NCBI RefSeq assembly: GCF_030028105.1
Contig: NC_092371.1
Span: 21,814,439 to 21,878,438, forward strand
DNA from: Mobula birostris
Lineage: Eukaryota
DNA: 64,000 nucleotides
Direction of reading: 5' to 3'
Shown here: positions 61,560 to 64,000 of the stretch, in pieces
Layout of the letters: every line of letters begins with the position of its first letter
How positions within the stretch are numbered: the stretch's first letter is position 1
Notes under the pieces: generated by a model
What the model saw: only the letters and a program-made list of their open reading frames with translations
Told to the model about the DNA's origin: nothing
Database searches by the model: none
Made by a program: the position numbers and the translations under genes

Positions 61560-62070
61560 GTGATTAGGGTTGTGCATTTTGCTTCATGAACTATATGACT
61601 GAGGGGAAGTAACTTTCTTGAACCTGGTAGTGGAGACCAGGCTTTTGTACTTGTGACGGCAACTTGAGAAAATGGTCTGGCCCAGATGCCGGGGACCTTT
61701 GATGATAGTTGTTGCCTTTTTGAGACAGTGTCTCACATACATATATAATACAGACGGTGGAGAGGGATATGCCCATGTTGTACAGGGCTGAGATGGCTAA
61801 TCTCTGCAACTTCTTACATTCCTGTGCTTTTGAAATATCATACCAGACAACAATGAAATCAGTTAGGATACCTTCAACAGTACAACAGGATCAAATTGTT
61901 GGAGTGTTCAGTGGCATGGAGACATCCAGTCATAGATTTGTACAGCAGATAAAAATGCCCTTCAGCCTATACTAGTTCATGTCTAACAAGATGTATATTC
62001 AATCCAACCTCATGCCCAAACTCCTCAACCTTCTAAAAAAAGTAAATGCAGTTGTGTACCTTCCAGTGAT
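61560..62070 (-). mobile_element. Decayed Rex1/Babar-like fragment
   Basis: Reverse complement shows gaaggttgaggagtttgggcatg, tctggtatg and gaagttgcagag blocks shared with other Rex1-like copies. Confidence 0.55.
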
Positions 62071-63088
62071 AAAGATACAGAGAGAATTTGTGATCTACAA
62101 TGCATCAAATACTTTCCTAGTGTAATTTCAAGATTAACCTTTCTTCCTGCTTTTTCCAATCTCTCTATACGTGGGTTTCTAATTATGTGCAGTAAATGCT
62201 AACTGTACAGGAATTGTTCACAGCTCCCGAAAAATCAATAGTTCAAAATACAAAAACAGTTATTTATATCCAATCTTGAAAACATAAGCATCTACAAAAA
62301 ACAATAAAATTGTCACTTCAGTGAAAATGTCAGCTTGTCCAAGTCAGCATTTTTATTCGGTGAGCAACATGGTTGAGAATTGATGCAAATTACAGATAAA
62401 AACATGGCATTTTTAATGCTGAGTATAGAACTCTTATTTCAGAAAAGGATATGGTACACTTTCAGTTGAAAAATACTGCAGTATACATTCTGTGAATTAA
62501 GACCAAAGTTTACAAGCCATACAAGCAAAAGAATACATGGCCTAAAACTTTCTTTGCATGCAAGTGAAAAGGTATTGAGCTGATTCAAGCAATAATGCTC
62601 TCATACCTGGACGTAGGAAATTTGACTCAAGGATTTTTATGGCAGGTTTTTTTCTGTGCTTTGGAAGCTACAGTATTTTCAGTGTAAAATTGTACCAAAA
62701 TTATACAAAACGATGAGGACTATAAACAGGGTAGATAGGTGGAAATGTTTCTTCACAGCCGAGGTGTGTAACATCAAATGACAAAGGGCTTGAATAAAGG
62801 GTAAGAAACTAAGAGTGCATCTGAGGAAGAATTTTTTTCACCCAAAGAATACTCTCTGAGTGTGTAGTGGAAGCAGGGACTTTCAGAATATTTAAGGACT
62901 ATCTAGATGGACCTTAAATCACCAAGGCAAAGAAGGCTACAAGTAATAGCAACTGAGTTTGGAATTGGTAAATGAATTGTTTTATTATTTACCTATGTAC
63001 CAAGGTACAGTGAAAAACTTGTCTTGCATACTGTTCATACAGAAAAATTTATTATGCAGTGCATTGAGGTTGTAAAATGCCTTGATGA

Positions 63089-63730
63089 AAGATGGCGGCG
63101 CGACGCAGCTCGCAGCGGCCACTCTGGTGGTGATGTCTGTTATTTGTCAAGTGGGGTGCCGTGGACAATCCTGATTTGATGGAGAGAGATGTGAGAGCAT
63201 GGAGGAACATCTGGAGAAACTTCTGAAATGCCTGCTTCGCTGCTGCTGCTCCTGTGTGGTCCAGAATCTCTGGAGGAGAAGGCCCCGAGTCCTTGGCTTT
63301 GCTTGTTGTTCGGCGGCTGGGGCAAGGTCGAAGAGCTCGGCAGAGGATGGTGCTCGGAGAGGCTGTGTCGGAGGGGCTGGTGGGAGGCTCAAGTTTTTGG
63401 ACGGACTCAGAGTCCGCTGCGGTCGGGTGCTTCCAATGATGCTGCATCGGCGAGTTGTCGGCGCTTGGAGGTTCATGGTAGGGAGAGTTCCTCCCTTCTG
63501 CTGCCTGCATGAGATGATGAGCCTATCGGGACTTTGAGATTTTTTTTACTGTGCCCATGGTCTGCTCTTTATTAAATTATGGTATTGCTTTGCACTGTTG
63601 TCACTATATGTTATAATTATGTGGTTTTGTCAGTTTTAGTCTTGGTTTGTCCTGTGTTTTCTTGTGATATCATTCTGGAGGAACGTTGTATCATTTTTTA
63701 ATGCATGCATTTCTAAATGACAATAAACGA
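63089..63730 (+). mobile_element. Non-autonomous retroposon (family C), uninterrupted copy
   Basis: AAGATGGCGG start; collinear with 2185-2658 plus 3276-3390; ends ctaaatgacaataaa. Confidence 0.75.
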
Positions 63731-63759
63731 AACTTGGTTCTTGGTACTTGGTAAAATAG

Positions 63760-63925
63760 ATGGCATGTGAGCATAGTAGTTAAAATGATGCTATTACAGT
63801 GCCAGTAACACAGGTTCAGTTCCACTGCTGAAGAGTTTGTACGTGCTCCCCAAGATTTTGTACATTTCCTCTAGGCGCTTCACTTTCCTCCATATTCTAA
63901 AGACATATGGGTTAGTAGGTTAATT
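63760..63925 (+). mobile_element. V-SINE remnant
   Basis: catagtagttaaa..ggttcagttcc..gagtttgtacgtgctcccc..tttcctccatattctaaagac, homologous to 5006-5200. Confidence 0.7.
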
Positions 63926-64000
63926 TTCTGCCAGGTCACTCGCCTGAGTGCTACTGGTACCACGTAACCCAGTACTACCCGTCGCATGGTCGGGCGGTCG

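Noticed and set aside
63052-63537. Cluster of overlapping GC-rich ORFs suggesting a CpG-island gene
   Set aside because: The sequence is a copy of repeat family C (paralog at 2185), and the ORFs are not conserved between the two copies.

Overview
This is eukaryotic vertebrate genomic DNA, mostly transposon-derived, with no intact long host gene. The repeat mix suggests a cartilaginous fish such as a ray or shark (inference): abundant CR1 LINEs, V-SINE and Deu-type SINEs, Rex1/Babar-like, L1/Tx1, I/Nimb with RNase H, a Gypsy chromovirus, BEL/Pao, hAT, Tigger-like and Penelope-like elements. The most striking signal is a Penelope-like (Neptune-type) retroelement family whose terminal repeat carries a minimal hammerhead ribozyme motif (agtc-CTGAYGA-a-gggt-ctcg-gccc-GAAACGTC-gact). 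About a dozen copies occur here. Several are short non-coding insertions built as inverted repeats, flanked by 11-14 bp target-site duplications, with breakpoints that cluster at the ribozyme. Other points: elements nested up to four levels deep, two solo LTRs with clean TSDs, non-autonomous retroposon families starting with AAGATGGCG, and a few isolated candidate exons of unidentified host gene(s). All calls were made by eye. Boundaries of old elements are approximate.
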